From Halarcobacter sp. (lineage in GTDB: Bacteria > Campylobacterota > Campylobacteria > Campylobacterales > Arcobacteraceae): DNA of 64,000 bases. Position numbers and translations under genes: made by a program. Each line of letters begins with the position of its first letter. Position 1 is the stretch's first letter. Shown here one piece after another: positions 21,309 through 32,181 of this stretch. The DNA lies in contig OY781089.1 in the NCBI GenBank assembly GCA_963676565.1, positions 2,976,001 to 3,040,000 on the forward strand. The letters are read 5' to 3'. The notes beneath the pieces are model-generated. The model was not told the origin of the DNA. It searched no databases and saw only the letters and a program-made list of their open reading frames with translations.

Positions 21309-21767
21309 ATGCAAGAACTAAAAAAAGAGATACTAAAATCAATAGTACCAAGAGCAGTATTATTTCCTATGAATGAAAAAGCAAAGGCATCTATTGCAAA
21401 TGAAAAGCTTATCTCTATCACAAGATTCCCTTATAAAATAGGAAGAGAATCAAGAATTAGTAAAAACGAAAGAGGTTTCTTTGTAAAGCTTAGACTTTTT
21501 GATGAAAACACTACACCTAACAATGACATATATCTTATAGACAATGACGAACTTCTACAAATATCAAAAGAGCATTTAGAAATATCAATAGAAAACAATA
21601 GTTTCTTTGTGATAGATAGAGGAAGTATGAATGGTACAACTATCAATAATGAAACTATCGGTGGAAACAGAAAAATCACAAAAAAAGAGATCAAAGATGG
21701 AGATAGAATCAAAATTGGTTCAAAAGAATCATCTTATGAGTTTCAATTTTTAATTTTAGAAATCTAA
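21309..21767 (+). CDS. FHA-domain protein
   Basis: FHA signature residues IGR, ISKEH and GSMNGT, plus GDRIKIG. Confidence 0.9.
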   Translation: MQELKKEILKSIVPRAVLFPMNEKAKASIANEKLISITRFPYKIGRESRISKNERGFFVKLRLFDENTTPNNDIYLIDNDELLQISKEHLEISIENNSFFVIDRGSMNGTTINNETIGGNRKITKKEIKDGDRIKIGSKESSYEFQFLILEI

Positions 21768-21979
21768 TAATCCAAATAAATTTGCAAAACTGTATATAAA
21801 TTAATATCAATTGTAACAAAAATGAAACTTTTTTTTGATAAGATATACTCTTATTTTTTATATTAAACTAATGTCTTATTTTATTTATTAATAATTAAAT
21901 TTTAAAATTTATTATTAAATGAGACATTTTTGAGACATTTTTTAGATAAAATATCCTCTTATTTTTTACAAGGAATCAG

Positions 21980-23206
21980 ATGAACATAGCAATAGCAGGG
22001 ACAGGATATGTAGGACTGTCAAATGGACTACTACTTTCTCAACATAATGATGTAATAGCTTTAGATATTATCCCAGAAAAAGTTGAGATGATAAACAATG
22101 GAATTAGTCCTATTGAAGATAAAGAGATTCAAGAGTATTTAACTAAAATACATGAAAACCCTGATTCATTTGAAGGAAGTTTTAAAGCTACTTTAGACAA
22201 AGAAGAAGCTTATAAAAATGCTGACTATGTAATTATCTCTACACCAACAGATTATGACCCTGAAACAAACTATTTTAATACAAAATCTATTGAGTATGTT
22301 ATTGCTGATGTTTTAGAAATAAATCCTAATACTACTATGGTAATAAAATCAACTATTCCTGTTGGATATACAAAAGGCATAAACGAAAGATTTAATACAT
22401 CTAACATAATCTTCTCACCAGAATTTTTAAGAGAAGGAAAAGCTTTATTTGACAATTTATATCCAAGTAGAATAATAGTTGGAGAACAATCTGAGAGAGC
22501 TACTATATTTGCAAAGCTTTTAGAGCAAGGAGCTTTAAAAAAGAACATTGATATATTATTTACTAATTCAACAGAAGCAGAAGCAGTTAAGCTTTTTTCA
22601 AATACATATCTAGCTATGAGAGTAGCTTATTTTAATGAATTAGATTCATATGCAGAAGCACATGATTTAGACAGTAAGCAAATCATTGAAGGGGTTGGAT
22701 TAGATCCAAGAATTGGAAGTCATTATAATAATCCTAGTTTTGGATATGGAGGTTATTGTTTACCTAAAGATACAAAACAATTACTTGCAAACTACAAAGA
22801 TGTACCATCAAATATAATAGAAGCAATTGTAAATGCTAACTCAACTAGAAAAGACTTTGTATCAAACTCTATAATAGAGAAGCTAAATCTTACTTCTGAA
22901 AATCCAGATAATCTACATACACAAAAAACAGTTGGTATATATAGACTTGTAATGAAAACTGGATCAGACAACTTTAGAAGTTCAGCTATACAAGGGATAA
23001 TGAAAAGAATAAAAGCAAAAGGTATTCCTGTAGTAATATATGAACCAAATTTAGACGAAGATGATTTCTTTAATTCAAAGGTTATAAAAGACTTTGAAGA
23101 ATTCAAAAAATTATCAAATGTGATAGTTGCAAACAGGCTTGATGAAAATCTTTCTTGTGTTAAAGACAAGGTTTATACTAGAGATTTATTTAGTAGTGAT
23201 GATTAA
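21980..23206 (+). CDS. ugd: UDP-glucose 6-dehydrogenase, copy 2
   Basis: Same length (408 aa) and motifs as copy 1. Four amino acid differences seen. Confidence 0.96.
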   Translation: MNIAIAGTGYVGLSNGLLLSQHNDVIALDIIPEKVEMINNGISPIEDKEIQEYLTKIHENPDSFEGSFKATLDKEEAYKNADYVIISTPTDYDPETNYFNTKSIEYVIADVLEINPNTTMVIKSTIPVGYTKGINERFNTSNIIFSPEFLREGKALFDNLYPSRIIVGEQSERATIFAKLLEQGALKKNIDILFTNSTEAEAVKLFSNTYLAMRVAYFNELDSYAEAHDLDSKQIIEGVGLDPRIGSHYNNPSFGYGGYCLPKDTKQLLANYKDVPSNIIEAIVNANSTRKDFVSNSIIEKLNLTSENPDNLHTQKTVGIYRLVMKTGSDNFRSSAIQGIMKRIKAKGIPVVIYEPNLDEDDFFNSKVIKDFEEFKKLSNVIVANRLDENLSCVKDKVYTRDLFSSDD

Positions 23207-24082
23207 ATGAAAATATTAGAAATTAATCTAACAAGGAAAGCTAATATAAGAACAAAATCTTATGCCAAATATTATTGTGAAATTAATTCTATTCAAGATA
23301 TAGAATTTATTTTAGAATTTTCAAAAAAAGAAAACCTAGAAATTCAAATTCTTGGAGATGGAACCAATATTTTGTTTAGTAAAGAATACTATCATAATGT
23401 TATATTTATAAAACTCAAAGATTCATTCAATTATTTTAGAATAACAGATAAAACTGTAGAAATAGGTGCTTCACATTCTCTTATGAAAGCTGGTAAACTT
23501 TTATCTAAAAATGGATATGAAAACTTCATATACATGTCTTTGATCCCTGGTTCATTAGGTGGTGCAGTTAGACAAAATGCAGGTACTACAAAAGAAGGAG
23601 AAATCAAAGATTCTTTTATTTCATGTATTGTTTATGACTTAAAAGAAAAAAAAGAAAAAGAATTATTAATTGAAGATATGAAATTTTCTTATAGAAATTC
23701 AATTATTCAACAAGAAAAGAATAGATATTTAGTTTTATCTGCAAAGTTTAAATTAGAGAATAAAACAACTAATTTAATTGAGCTTAAAGAATTCATCAAA
23801 ACTAAACAAAAAGCCAAAATCAATAAAGAACCTAAAGGATATACTTTTGGTTCAACTTTCAAAAGTCATTTACAAGAAAAACCCGCTTGGTGGTATATAG
23901 ATCAAGTGGGATTGAAAAATAGTATTATTGGTGGAGCAAAAATTTCTGAAATTCATGCAAACTGGATTGTTAACTATAATAATGCATCTGCATCAGATAT
24001 AATTGAACTAATTAAAAAAATTAAATCTAAAGTTAAAAAAAACTTCGATATTGAACTTATTGAAGAAGTCGAAATCATATAA
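23207..24082 (+). CDS. MurB-like UDP-enolpyruvyl-sugar reductase (cluster paralog)
   Basis: GDGTNIL, IPGSLGGAVRQNAG, FSYRNS, GSTFK, HANWIVN. Confidence 0.9.
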   Translation: MKILEINLTRKANIRTKSYAKYYCEINSIQDIEFILEFSKKENLEIQILGDGTNILFSKEYYHNVIFIKLKDSFNYFRITDKTVEIGASHSLMKAGKLLSKNGYENFIYMSLIPGSLGGAVRQNAGTTKEGEIKDSFISCIVYDLKEKKEKELLIEDMKFSYRNSIIQQEKNRYLVLSAKFKLENKTTNLIELKEFIKTKQKAKINKEPKGYTFGSTFKSHLQEKPAWWYIDQVGLKNSIIGGAKISEIHANWIVNYNNASASDIIELIKKIKSKVKKNFDIELIEEVEII

Positions 24083-24093
24083 AAAGGTTAAAA

Positions 24094-25371
24094 ATGAGTT
24101 ATAAAATGTATGTTAATGGTCCTCAAATACCAAATGGAAAAGTAAAAGTAAGTGGAGCTAAAAATTCTGCCACAAGACTTTTGGCAGCTTCAACTTTAAC
24201 TGATGAAATAGTAAGAATTGACAATTTTCCAACACAGCTTGTAGATGCTGAAGCAAAAATTGATTTTTTAAGAAGTATGAACGTGAAAATAAAAAAAGAT
24301 GATGATAATGCTTCATTAGAAATTCTATCAAAAAAATTATCTTTAAATGATTCGGTAAATTATAATTTACCTATTAGAACAACTTATTTATTGGCTGCAG
24401 GGCAAATTGTTAGACATAAATTAGCTCATATTCCTTATCCAGGGGGTTGTAAAATTGGTTCAAGAGGATATGATCTTCATATTATGGTTTGGAAAGATTT
24501 GGGATGTTTAGTAGAAGAGAAAGAAGACTACATAGAAATTAAAGGTTCATTTAAAGGTGGTACAATTAATTTTCCTATTTCTACTGTTGGTGGTACAGAA
24601 ACAGCTATTATGTGTGCTAGTGTTGCAGAAGGAATTACAGAAATAAATAATGCGTATATAACTCCTGAAATAGATGATTTAATCAATTTTATGACAAAAA
24701 TGGGAGCTAAAATACAAAAATTTGGAACTGGAAAATTAAAGATTGAAGGAGTTAGTGGACTACTAAAAGGAACATCTTATAGCGTAATGGCAGATAGAAT
24801 TGAAGCAATAACTTGGGTAATTTTTGCTGCAATTACAAAAGGAAGTATAGTTGTAGAAAATGTACCATTTGATACAATGGAAATTCCATTACTTCATTTA
24901 AAAGATTGTGGTATTGATTTTTATCAAAATGAAAATTCTATTTTTATGACGCCTGAATGCGTGAAAGGTGGCTTTATTCAACCATTTGAAGTTGCTTGTG
25001 GAACTCATCCAGGTGTAATTTCAGACATGCAAGCCTTTTATGTTTTACTTGGAATGATTGCGGAAGGTAAATCTGTGATATTTGACTATAGATATCCTGA
25101 AAGAATAGCTTATGGAAATGAGCTTAACAAGTTTACAGATGATAAGATACAAGTAGAACATGGAAAAATAATTACAAATGGTACCTTTAAAATTAATTCA
25201 GCAAATGTTTTATCAACTGACTTAAGAGGCAGTATGGGTTTAATAATGGCCGCATTTTTAGCAAATGGAACTTCTGAAATAAAAGATATACAAATGGCAA
25301 TGAGAGGTTATAATAAGCTTGAAGAAAAACTTAGAGATCTTGGGTTAAATTTTGTTATAAAAAAAGATTAG
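24094..25371 (+). CDS. MurA-like enolpyruvyl transferase (cluster paralog)
   Basis: SGAKNS, PGGCKIGSR (active-site Cys retained), DRIEA, SDMQA, TDLRG, RGY. Confidence 0.92.
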   Translation: MSYKMYVNGPQIPNGKVKVSGAKNSATRLLAASTLTDEIVRIDNFPTQLVDAEAKIDFLRSMNVKIKKDDDNASLEILSKKLSLNDSVNYNLPIRTTYLLAAGQIVRHKLAHIPYPGGCKIGSRGYDLHIMVWKDLGCLVEEKEDYIEIKGSFKGGTINFPISTVGGTETAIMCASVAEGITEINNAYITPEIDDLINFMTKMGAKIQKFGTGKLKIEGVSGLLKGTSYSVMADRIEAITWVIFAAITKGSIVVENVPFDTMEIPLLHLKDCGIDFYQNENSIFMTPECVKGGFIQPFEVACGTHPGVISDMQAFYVLLGMIAEGKSVIFDYRYPERIAYGNELNKFTDDKIQVEHGKIITNGTFKINSANVLSTDLRGSMGLIMAAFLANGTSEIKDIQMAMRGYNKLEEKLRDLGLNFVIKKD

Positions 25372-25382
25372 TTAACTAACTC

Positions 25383-26624
25383 ATGCTTAAATTATTTCAA
25401 AATCAATTTATAAAACATTTTTTTAGTACAAGCGTATTAAAACTTTTTTCTATATTTTTATCTTTTCTTCAAGGGATAATAATAGCTAGGTATCTACTTC
25501 CAGAAGGAAGAGGTATTATAGCTATTTATCTAGCAGTAGTAAACATGCTATTACCCCTAAGTGAACTTGGAATAAAACAAGCATCAGCATATTATTTATC
25601 AAAAGTTAAGATTGATATAACAAAAATTGTTAATACACAAACAATTACACTTTTAATATCTAGTGTTCTAACTATAATACTTCTATTTATAATATACTCA
25701 ATTCAACAGTTAGATAACTTTTTTATCTTACTTATGATTTTCATATCTATTCCTCTAAGAATTTATGTATCTTTCACAACTGCGTATGGTTTATCATTTA
25801 GAGAAATAAATAAAATTAATATTATACAATTCTTACTAATATTTATTGACTTCATTTTTGTTGTTATATTTTTTGTTGTTTTAAAAATAGATCTTAAATA
25901 CTATTTTGTATCATATTTTTTAGCCTCTTTAGTAGCTTCGATTTATACATTTGTTTGGTTAAAAGTATCTTATAATATCACTTTTATAATAAATATAAAT
26001 GAATACAAAAAAGAGTCATTTAAAATTTTAAAAAAAGGTATAAGTTATGCTTTACCTCTTTTTGTTATTGGACTTAATTATTCACTTGACCTTCTAATTT
26101 TAGATTACTTTGTAAATAAAGACTTAATTGGAATATATGCAGTTGGAGTCACATTAGCAGTTTTAATTTGGCAACTACCTACTATATTAAGTTTTTTAAT
26201 ATTTTCTTATAGTGTTTCTACAAAAGATGAAAAACAATTTTCTTTAAACCTATGGAATAAAACAAAACAACTAATGATTATATTAATTCCTATCTCATTT
26301 CTATTAACACTTTCATTTAAATATTTAATACCATTTATTTATGGAGAAGCATATAGTGAGAGTTTTAATGTTATTTTATACTTAATGCCAGGTGTTTATT
26401 TTATGATAGGATTTAAATTATTAAATGGTGATTTAGCAGCAAGAGGATATCCCCAAATAGCTTTATATATATTTTCAACAGGAATAATAATCAATATACT
26501 ATTAAATATTTTACTAATACCAATTTATGGTATTAATGGTGCTGCTATAGCAAGTTCAATAAGCTATTTATTTTGTAGCATTTATTTTGTTTATGAGTAT
26601 TATAAAATAACAATAAGGAAATAG
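25383..26624 (+). CDS. wzx: Wzx-type flippase
   Basis: Multi-pass hydrophobic protein with IIARYLLPEGRG and NILLIPIYGINGAAIA. Confidence 0.88.
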   Translation: MLKLFQNQFIKHFFSTSVLKLFSIFLSFLQGIIIARYLLPEGRGIIAIYLAVVNMLLPLSELGIKQASAYYLSKVKIDITKIVNTQTITLLISSVLTIILLFIIYSIQQLDNFFILLMIFISIPLRIYVSFTTAYGLSFREINKINIIQFLLIFIDFIFVVIFFVVLKIDLKYYFVSYFLASLVASIYTFVWLKVSYNITFIININEYKKESFKILKKGISYALPLFVIGLNYSLDLLILDYFVNKDLIGIYAVGVTLAVLIWQLPTILSFLIFSYSVSTKDEKQFSLNLWNKTKQLMIILIPISFLLTLSFKYLIPFIYGEAYSESFNVILYLMPGVYFMIGFKLLNGDLAARGYPQIALYIFSTGIIINILLNILLIPIYGINGAAIASSISYLFCSIYFVYEYYKITIRK

Positions 26625-26631
26625 GATAATA

Positions 26632-27789
26632 ATGATACAAAGTATTAAAACAGTATATATAATAAATGATTATTTTCAACATGGTGGACATGTAAAGAGT
26701 TTTGTTACACAATTTAAAGAAATTAATCCTAAAAATTTTATAATTATATGTTCAACAAATGGTTATATTTTAGAAAATCGAAATAATCTAGAGATACCAA
26801 AAGATAAAATTATAACAATTAATATGTCTAAATTAAGAAGAATACAATTTAATTACAAATTATATACTATCATTAAAAATAATTTAGAAGAAGGAGATAG
26901 ATTAAATATATATTCAATAGAATGTTATTTCTCTTCATTACTTGCAAAATCTTTTTTTGACAATGTTAGTATTTTAAACTTTGTAATGGCTGGGCCAGAA
27001 CCATTTCCAATGTTAAAATCAACAGACATATATATAGCTGTATCAAAAGAACAAAAAGATTATGTTTTAAAAAATACATATAATAAAAATATTGATGAAA
27101 ATAAAGTTAAGATTATAAAAAATAGAATTAAACCATCAATAACTAACATAAATAGAGAATCAAAAGAAAGATATGTATTAGTTGTATCAAGATTTGATAA
27201 AGGCTTAAAAGCATCATTAGATAGAATTCTTTTTATTATTCAAGGATTAGATAAAAAAATACCTATTAAGATTGCAGGTACAGGAGAAATACTAGAGACC
27301 TATAAAAAGTATTTAAAAGATTTCAAAAATATAGAATTTCTAGGATATCGTGATGATATTAATGATTTAAGAATTAATGCATGTGTTGTTTTAGGTATGG
27401 GAAGATCCATTTTAGAATCACTACTAATTGGTAAACCATCAATATTAATTGGTCACAATGGAGTAGAACTACTCGAAGATATAAATTACGTATCTTTTGC
27501 ATCAGATTATAATTTTTCTGGAAGAAAAATAAAAAATGATTTAGATCTTAATATTACTGTATCTAAAATTGAAGATTACTATGAAACTAATTATACATTA
27601 AAACAAGAAATTATAGACTTTATAACTTCTGAGTATTCTATCGATTATTTTGCAGAAAAATATACTATTTTATGTAAAGAAGTCAAATCTACTAATGTTA
27701 CAGTTTATCAAATACTTGAAGAATATATTTATATTTTTTTAACAAGAGTCAAACGTAAAATAAATAGTTTATTATGGAGAAATAAATGA
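26632..27789 (+). CDS. Divergent GT-B glycosyltransferase
   Basis: HGGHV, VVSRFD, IAGTG, FLGYRDDI, GMGRSILESLLIGKP. Confidence 0.75.
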   Translation: MIQSIKTVYIINDYFQHGGHVKSFVTQFKEINPKNFIIICSTNGYILENRNNLEIPKDKIITINMSKLRRIQFNYKLYTIIKNNLEEGDRLNIYSIECYFSSLLAKSFFDNVSILNFVMAGPEPFPMLKSTDIYIAVSKEQKDYVLKNTYNKNIDENKVKIIKNRIKPSITNINRESKERYVLVVSRFDKGLKASLDRILFIIQGLDKKIPIKIAGTGEILETYKKYLKDFKNIEFLGYRDDINDLRINACVVLGMGRSILESLLIGKPSILIGHNGVELLEDINYVSFASDYNFSGRKIKNDLDLNITVSKIEDYYETNYTLKQEIIDFITSEYSIDYFAEKYTILCKEVKSTNVTVYQILEEYIYIFLTRVKRKINSLLWRNK

Positions 27790-28862
27790 ACATACTAATC
27801 ACTGCACCTTCATTAGATACTAAAAAAAATGTAAGTGGTATAGCTTCTGTAGTAAATAATATATTTGAAACTAGTGACTTAAACTATATTCATTTTGAAG
27901 TAGGGAAACAAGATAAAGAGAAACGAAGTATGAAATGGATACTTAAACAATTCATATTACCATTGAACCTTTTTAAAGTCTTCTTATTAAATAAAATTGA
28001 TATTTTTCATCTAAATGCTCCATTAAATGAAATGGGAGTTTTTAGAGACTTTGTATTGCTATTAGTCGCAAAACTTTTCAGAAAAAAAATATTGCTTCAT
28101 TTTCATGGAGGTAAATTTTTAATAACTCCACCTAAAAATAAATTATTTTATAACTTTTTAAAGTTTTATTTTAAAAGAGCTGATATCATAATTACATTAA
28201 GTAAATATGAACAGGATTTAACTATACAACAATATGGAATAAATTCAAATAAGGTAACTTTTTTAGAAAACTGCGTGGTTCCTTTGGACAATAATAATAA
28301 CAAAACTCAAAAAGATAAAGTAAGAGTAATTTTTTTAGGACGAATCGTTGATTCAAAAGGTATACTGCAAATAATAGACGCAATGAAAATACTTTTTTCA
28401 AAAAGAGAAGATTTTGATTTTTATCTTTACGGTACTGGACCTTTAGAAGATACAATAATTAAAGAACTTTCAAGTTTTAAGCATAATTTTAAATATTGTG
28501 GAATTGTATCTGGAGAAGAAAAAGATAAAGCTCTTCAAGATGCAGATATATTTTTGTTGCCATCACTTTATGGAGAAGGGCTCCCTATAGCATTACTTGA
28601 AGCTATGAATTTCAATACTATACCAATTGTAACGGATGATGGTTCTATGTCTGAAGTTATAGAAAATAATATTTCTGGATTTATAGTGGAAAAGGGTAAT
28701 GTAAATAATCTTTTAAAAAGTATAGAGTTATCTATTGAATTAATTAAAAATAATGATTTTAAAGTAAGGCAAAATGCTAAAATTAAAATAAATAAGAGAT
28801 TTAATTGTTTTAATTATTCGAAGAATCTTAAAAAAATTTATTTGGATTTAATTAATGTTTAA
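27786..28862 (+). CDS. GT4 glycosyltransferase
   Basis: FLGRIVDSKG, ADIFLLPSLYGEGLPIALLEAM. Confidence 0.92.
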   Translation: MNILITAPSLDTKKNVSGIASVVNNIFETSDLNYIHFEVGKQDKEKRSMKWILKQFILPLNLFKVFLLNKIDIFHLNAPLNEMGVFRDFVLLLVAKLFRKKILLHFHGGKFLITPPKNKLFYNFLKFYFKRADIIITLSKYEQDLTIQQYGINSNKVTFLENCVVPLDNNNNKTQKDKVRVIFLGRIVDSKGILQIIDAMKILFSKREDFDFYLYGTGPLEDTIIKELSSFKHNFKYCGIVSGEEKDKALQDADIFLLPSLYGEGLPIALLEAMNFNTIPIVTDDGSMSEVIENNISGFIVEKGNVNNLLKSIELSIELIKNNDFKVRQNAKIKINKRFNCFNYSKNLKKIYLDLINV

Positions 28863-30048
28863 TATTTTAAAACATTTTATCTTTTTTACACTTTTTTTTA
28901 TACTTTTTTTTATTGAGACAAAGTACATAGGTGGAGTTAGAATTGCTATTTTATGGAAAGTAGTCTTACTAGGTATAATAATAGTTTATATCGTACTTAA
29001 CAGTAAAGAAAAAATTAAATCCTTTATAGTATTTGGCTATTTATATAGTTTTAAAAATATTATTAGCTACTCTTCTCTTGACTATATTATTTCTACTGTA
29101 GCGGAAGTCTTAAAAAGTTTATATATTCCATTATTTGCACATTTTTTTATACTTTTAAATAAATTAAAGAATTTTGATGTTTATAAATTTTTGCTAGTTT
29201 TAAGTATATATATTATTATTAGTTGTGTTCCATTTTTAGTTGGCATTATAGAATCACCGAACGAAGGTTATGATATGTCTAGATTTGGTCTAAAAGGGTT
29301 TGGTTTTGTTGGAATCTTTGAAAATGCCCATTATGCATCAAATACATTAGCTTTTTGTATTACAATTTTAATTTATCAAATTCAAACTGTTAAACTAAGT
29401 TCAATATTAAAAGTATTTTATATATTGCTTATAATCGTAGCATTAATAGCACTAGTAAAAACATATGCACGTCTTGGATACGCTATGTTATTTGTTTCAG
29501 CATGTTATTTATTATTAGCTAACAAAAGTTTTAAGTTTTATTTAAAGTTAATCATACCAGTTTCAATATTAATTGTAAGTTTCATAGTAGTGTATAATCA
29601 ATCAAAACTATTACAAATGAGAATTAGTGGTGAAAACAAATATTCTAAAGCAAGTTTAGGATCAGGTAGAGGTGACTTTGCGATTCATGCATTGGATAAT
29701 TGGTATAGTGAAGACTTAGATACTTTTTTTGTAGGAATGGGGAAAGAATATGCTATGGATCAGATGGAAAAAGATGTAGGTCTTAGAATATATGCACATA
29801 ATGGATTTATAGATGTACTTCAAATTAATGGCGTTATTGGCGCAGCAATTTTTTTACTTTTTTTTATATATTTAATTAAGTATATAAAGATAAATAAGCA
29901 TCATCCATATTATCAACTATCTTTTTCTATATTTCTTGGTTATGTTATTTCAATGCTTGTTCAAGGAGAAAGATTTTTTTTATCAGATTTAATACTAGCA
30001 GCAAGTATTGCTTTACTAAGTATTGAAACAAAAAAGAAAGTGAAGTAA
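28855..30048 (+). CDS. Wzy polymerase / O-antigen ligase-family membrane protein
   Basis: Many TM segments with GIFENAH, SGR and AHNGFIDVLQINGVIG. Confidence 0.82.
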   Translation: MFNILKHFIFFTLFFILFFIETKYIGGVRIAILWKVVLLGIIIVYIVLNSKEKIKSFIVFGYLYSFKNIISYSSLDYIISTVAEVLKSLYIPLFAHFFILLNKLKNFDVYKFLLVLSIYIIISCVPFLVGIIESPNEGYDMSRFGLKGFGFVGIFENAHYASNTLAFCITILIYQIQTVKLSSILKVFYILLIIVALIALVKTYARLGYAMLFVSACYLLLANKSFKFYLKLIIPVSILIVSFIVVYNQSKLLQMRISGENKYSKASLGSGRGDFAIHALDNWYSEDLDTFFVGMGKEYAMDQMEKDVGLRIYAHNGFIDVLQINGVIGAAIFLLFFIYLIKYIKINKHHPYYQLSFSIFLGYVISMLVQGERFFLSDLILAASIALLSIETKKKVK

Positions 30049-30049
30049 A

Positions 30050-30811
30050 ATGAAAAAATTAAAAGTAATAAAGTCACAAATCTCTATTGGTTCTTACGAT
30101 AACTTTATAAGCAACATAAATACATTATCAAAAGATAAAACCTCATCATATATTTGTATATCAAATGTACATATGACTATAGAAGCTTATCTTGATAAAA
30201 ATTTTGAAGATATCGTAAACAATGCAGATATAGCTACTCCAGATGGTATGCCTTTAGCAAAGGCTATCAAGTTTATTTATGGAATAAATCAAGATAGAGT
30301 TGCAGGTATGGACTTAATAGAAGATTTATTTAAAGAGTGTGAAAAGAAAGATAAAAAAATCTTTGTTTATGGTGGTGCACAACCTACTTTAGAGAAGATG
30401 GAAGAAAAAGTAAATAAAGAATATCCAAACCTTAAGATAAAATCTTATTCTCCACCTTTTAGAGCATTAAGTCAAGATGAAAAAGAAGCAGATATTTCTA
30501 TGATAAATGACTTCAATCCAGACTTTGTATTTGTAGCTTTAGGATGCCCTAAACAAGAGAAATGGATGAGTGAACATAAAAATAAAATCAACTCATGTAT
30601 GATAGGACTTGGTGGAGCTATTGAAGTTTATGCAGGGGTTAAAGATAGAGCACCAAAGTGGATGCAAGACTATTCATTAGAGTGGCTATATAGATTGATT
30701 CAAGATCCAAAAAGACTCTGGAAAAGATACTTTTTGACGAATAGCTTATTTATATTTTTGTTTATTAAACAATACTTAACATACAAGTTTTCAAGAAAGG
30801 ATATAAAATGA
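30050..30811 (+). CDS. WecG/TagA/CpsF-family (GT26) glycosyltransferase
   Basis: PDGMP, RVAGMDL, VALGCPKQE, RAPKWMQ..LEWLYRL..PKRLWKRY. Confidence 0.93.
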   Translation: MKKLKVIKSQISIGSYDNFISNINTLSKDKTSSYICISNVHMTIEAYLDKNFEDIVNNADIATPDGMPLAKAIKFIYGINQDRVAGMDLIEDLFKECEKKDKKIFVYGGAQPTLEKMEEKVNKEYPNLKIKSYSPPFRALSQDEKEADISMINDFNPDFVFVALGCPKQEKWMSEHKNKINSCMIGLGGAIEVYAGVKDRAPKWMQDYSLEWLYRLIQDPKRLWKRYFLTNSLFIFLFIKQYLTYKFSRKDIK

Positions 30812-32178
30812 TAGAAAATAATACATCTGAATATCACAAAAAAAGACATCCAAAACTTAGAGAATTTATATCAGAAGTTATAATCTTCATAACTGATATA
30901 TTTGTAATATTTTTTACTCTTTTTTTCAGTTTTATAGTATGTAGATATTTTCAAGGAGAAGATATAGTTTTAAATGATATATTTATATCATGTCTAAAAA
31001 TGTATCCAACATATATCATCATAACATTTTTGTTTTTTTATGAAAGAATATATCTAAATAGATTTGACTTTTGGCACGAGACAAGGAAGATTATCAAGTC
31101 GTTGTTATTGTCCTTTTTTGCAGTTATCACACTAGGAGTAATAATAAATCAGTCACAAAACTATCCAGTAGAGATAATAGCATGTTCTTTTGTTTTTATG
31201 ATGGTTTTTATGCCACTTTCTAAGTTTTTTTTAAAACCATTTTTGTTTAATATAGGTTTTTGGAAAAAAGGGGTTAAGCTTTTAAGTAGTGATGCTCTTT
31301 TCAAAGATGAAATTTTTGGAAACAGATACTTAGGATATATCAAATCAAAAAGAAAAGAAGCTGATATTGTATTTATTGATTCGCATAAAAAAGATCCTGA
31401 AAGACTAAAAATAATATTAGAACAAGAGATTCAATCAAAAGAAAAAGTTATGTTTGTACCAATATTCAATAACTATCAATTTACTAACTCTGATATATAT
31501 GAGCTTACAAATACAAGAACAAATTTAGTAGTTTTAGAAAACAAACTAAAAAGTAAATACAGAATGTTTATAAATAGATCATACAATCTAGTTCTTGCAA
31601 TACTTTTAGCACCATTTCTTATGCCTATAGTTGGAATCATAGCCTTAGCCATAAACCAAGACTCAAAGGGACCAATACTATTCAAACAAAAAAGGCTAGG
31701 AAGAAATGGTAGTATTTTTATGTGCTATAAATTTAGAACCATGTATGAGCAAGAGGAGCAAGAAAGACTTCTAAAAGACTATCTAGAAGAAAACCCACAT
31801 GAGATTGAAAACTATGAGATATATTGTAAATATGAAAATGACCCAAGAGTTACAAAGGTTGGGAACTTTTTAAGAAAAACATCTTTAGATGAACTTGCGC
31901 AGATTTTTAATGTCTTTAAAGGAGAGATGAGCTTTGTAGGACCAAGGCCATATTTAGTTACAGAAAAAGAAAAGATGGGTGAAGCAAATGTTAATACAAT
32001 ACTAAAAACAAATCCAGGTATAACTGGACTTTGGCAAGTTAGTGGAAGAAATGAACTTACATTTGATGAGAGAGTTCAACTAGAAAAATGGTATGTTCAA
32101 AACTGGTCTCTATGGAAAGATTTTGTTATACTTCTAAAAACTGCAGGTGTAGTTTTAAATAAAGTTGGGGCAAGATAG
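30808..32178 (+). CDS. Undecaprenyl-phosphate priming sugar transferase (WbaP/WcaJ family)
   Basis: N-terminal TMs; KFRTM, DPRVTKVG, SLDELAQ, MSFVGPRP, PGITGLWQVSGR. Confidence 0.94.
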   Translation: MIENNTSEYHKKRHPKLREFISEVIIFITDIFVIFFTLFFSFIVCRYFQGEDIVLNDIFISCLKMYPTYIIITFLFFYERIYLNRFDFWHETRKIIKSLLLSFFAVITLGVIINQSQNYPVEIIACSFVFMMVFMPLSKFFLKPFLFNIGFWKKGVKLLSSDALFKDEIFGNRYLGYIKSKRKEADIVFIDSHKKDPERLKIILEQEIQSKEKVMFVPIFNNYQFTNSDIYELTNTRTNLVVLENKLKSKYRMFINRSYNLVLAILLAPFLMPIVGIIALAINQDSKGPILFKQKRLGRNGSIFMCYKFRTMYEQEEQERLLKDYLEENPHEIENYEIYCKYENDPRVTKVGNFLRKTSLDELAQIFNVFKGEMSFVGPRPYLVTEKEKMGEANVNTILKTNPGITGLWQVSGRNELTFDERVQLEKWYVQNWSLWKDFVILLKTAGVVLNKVGAR

Positions 32179-32181
32179 TAT

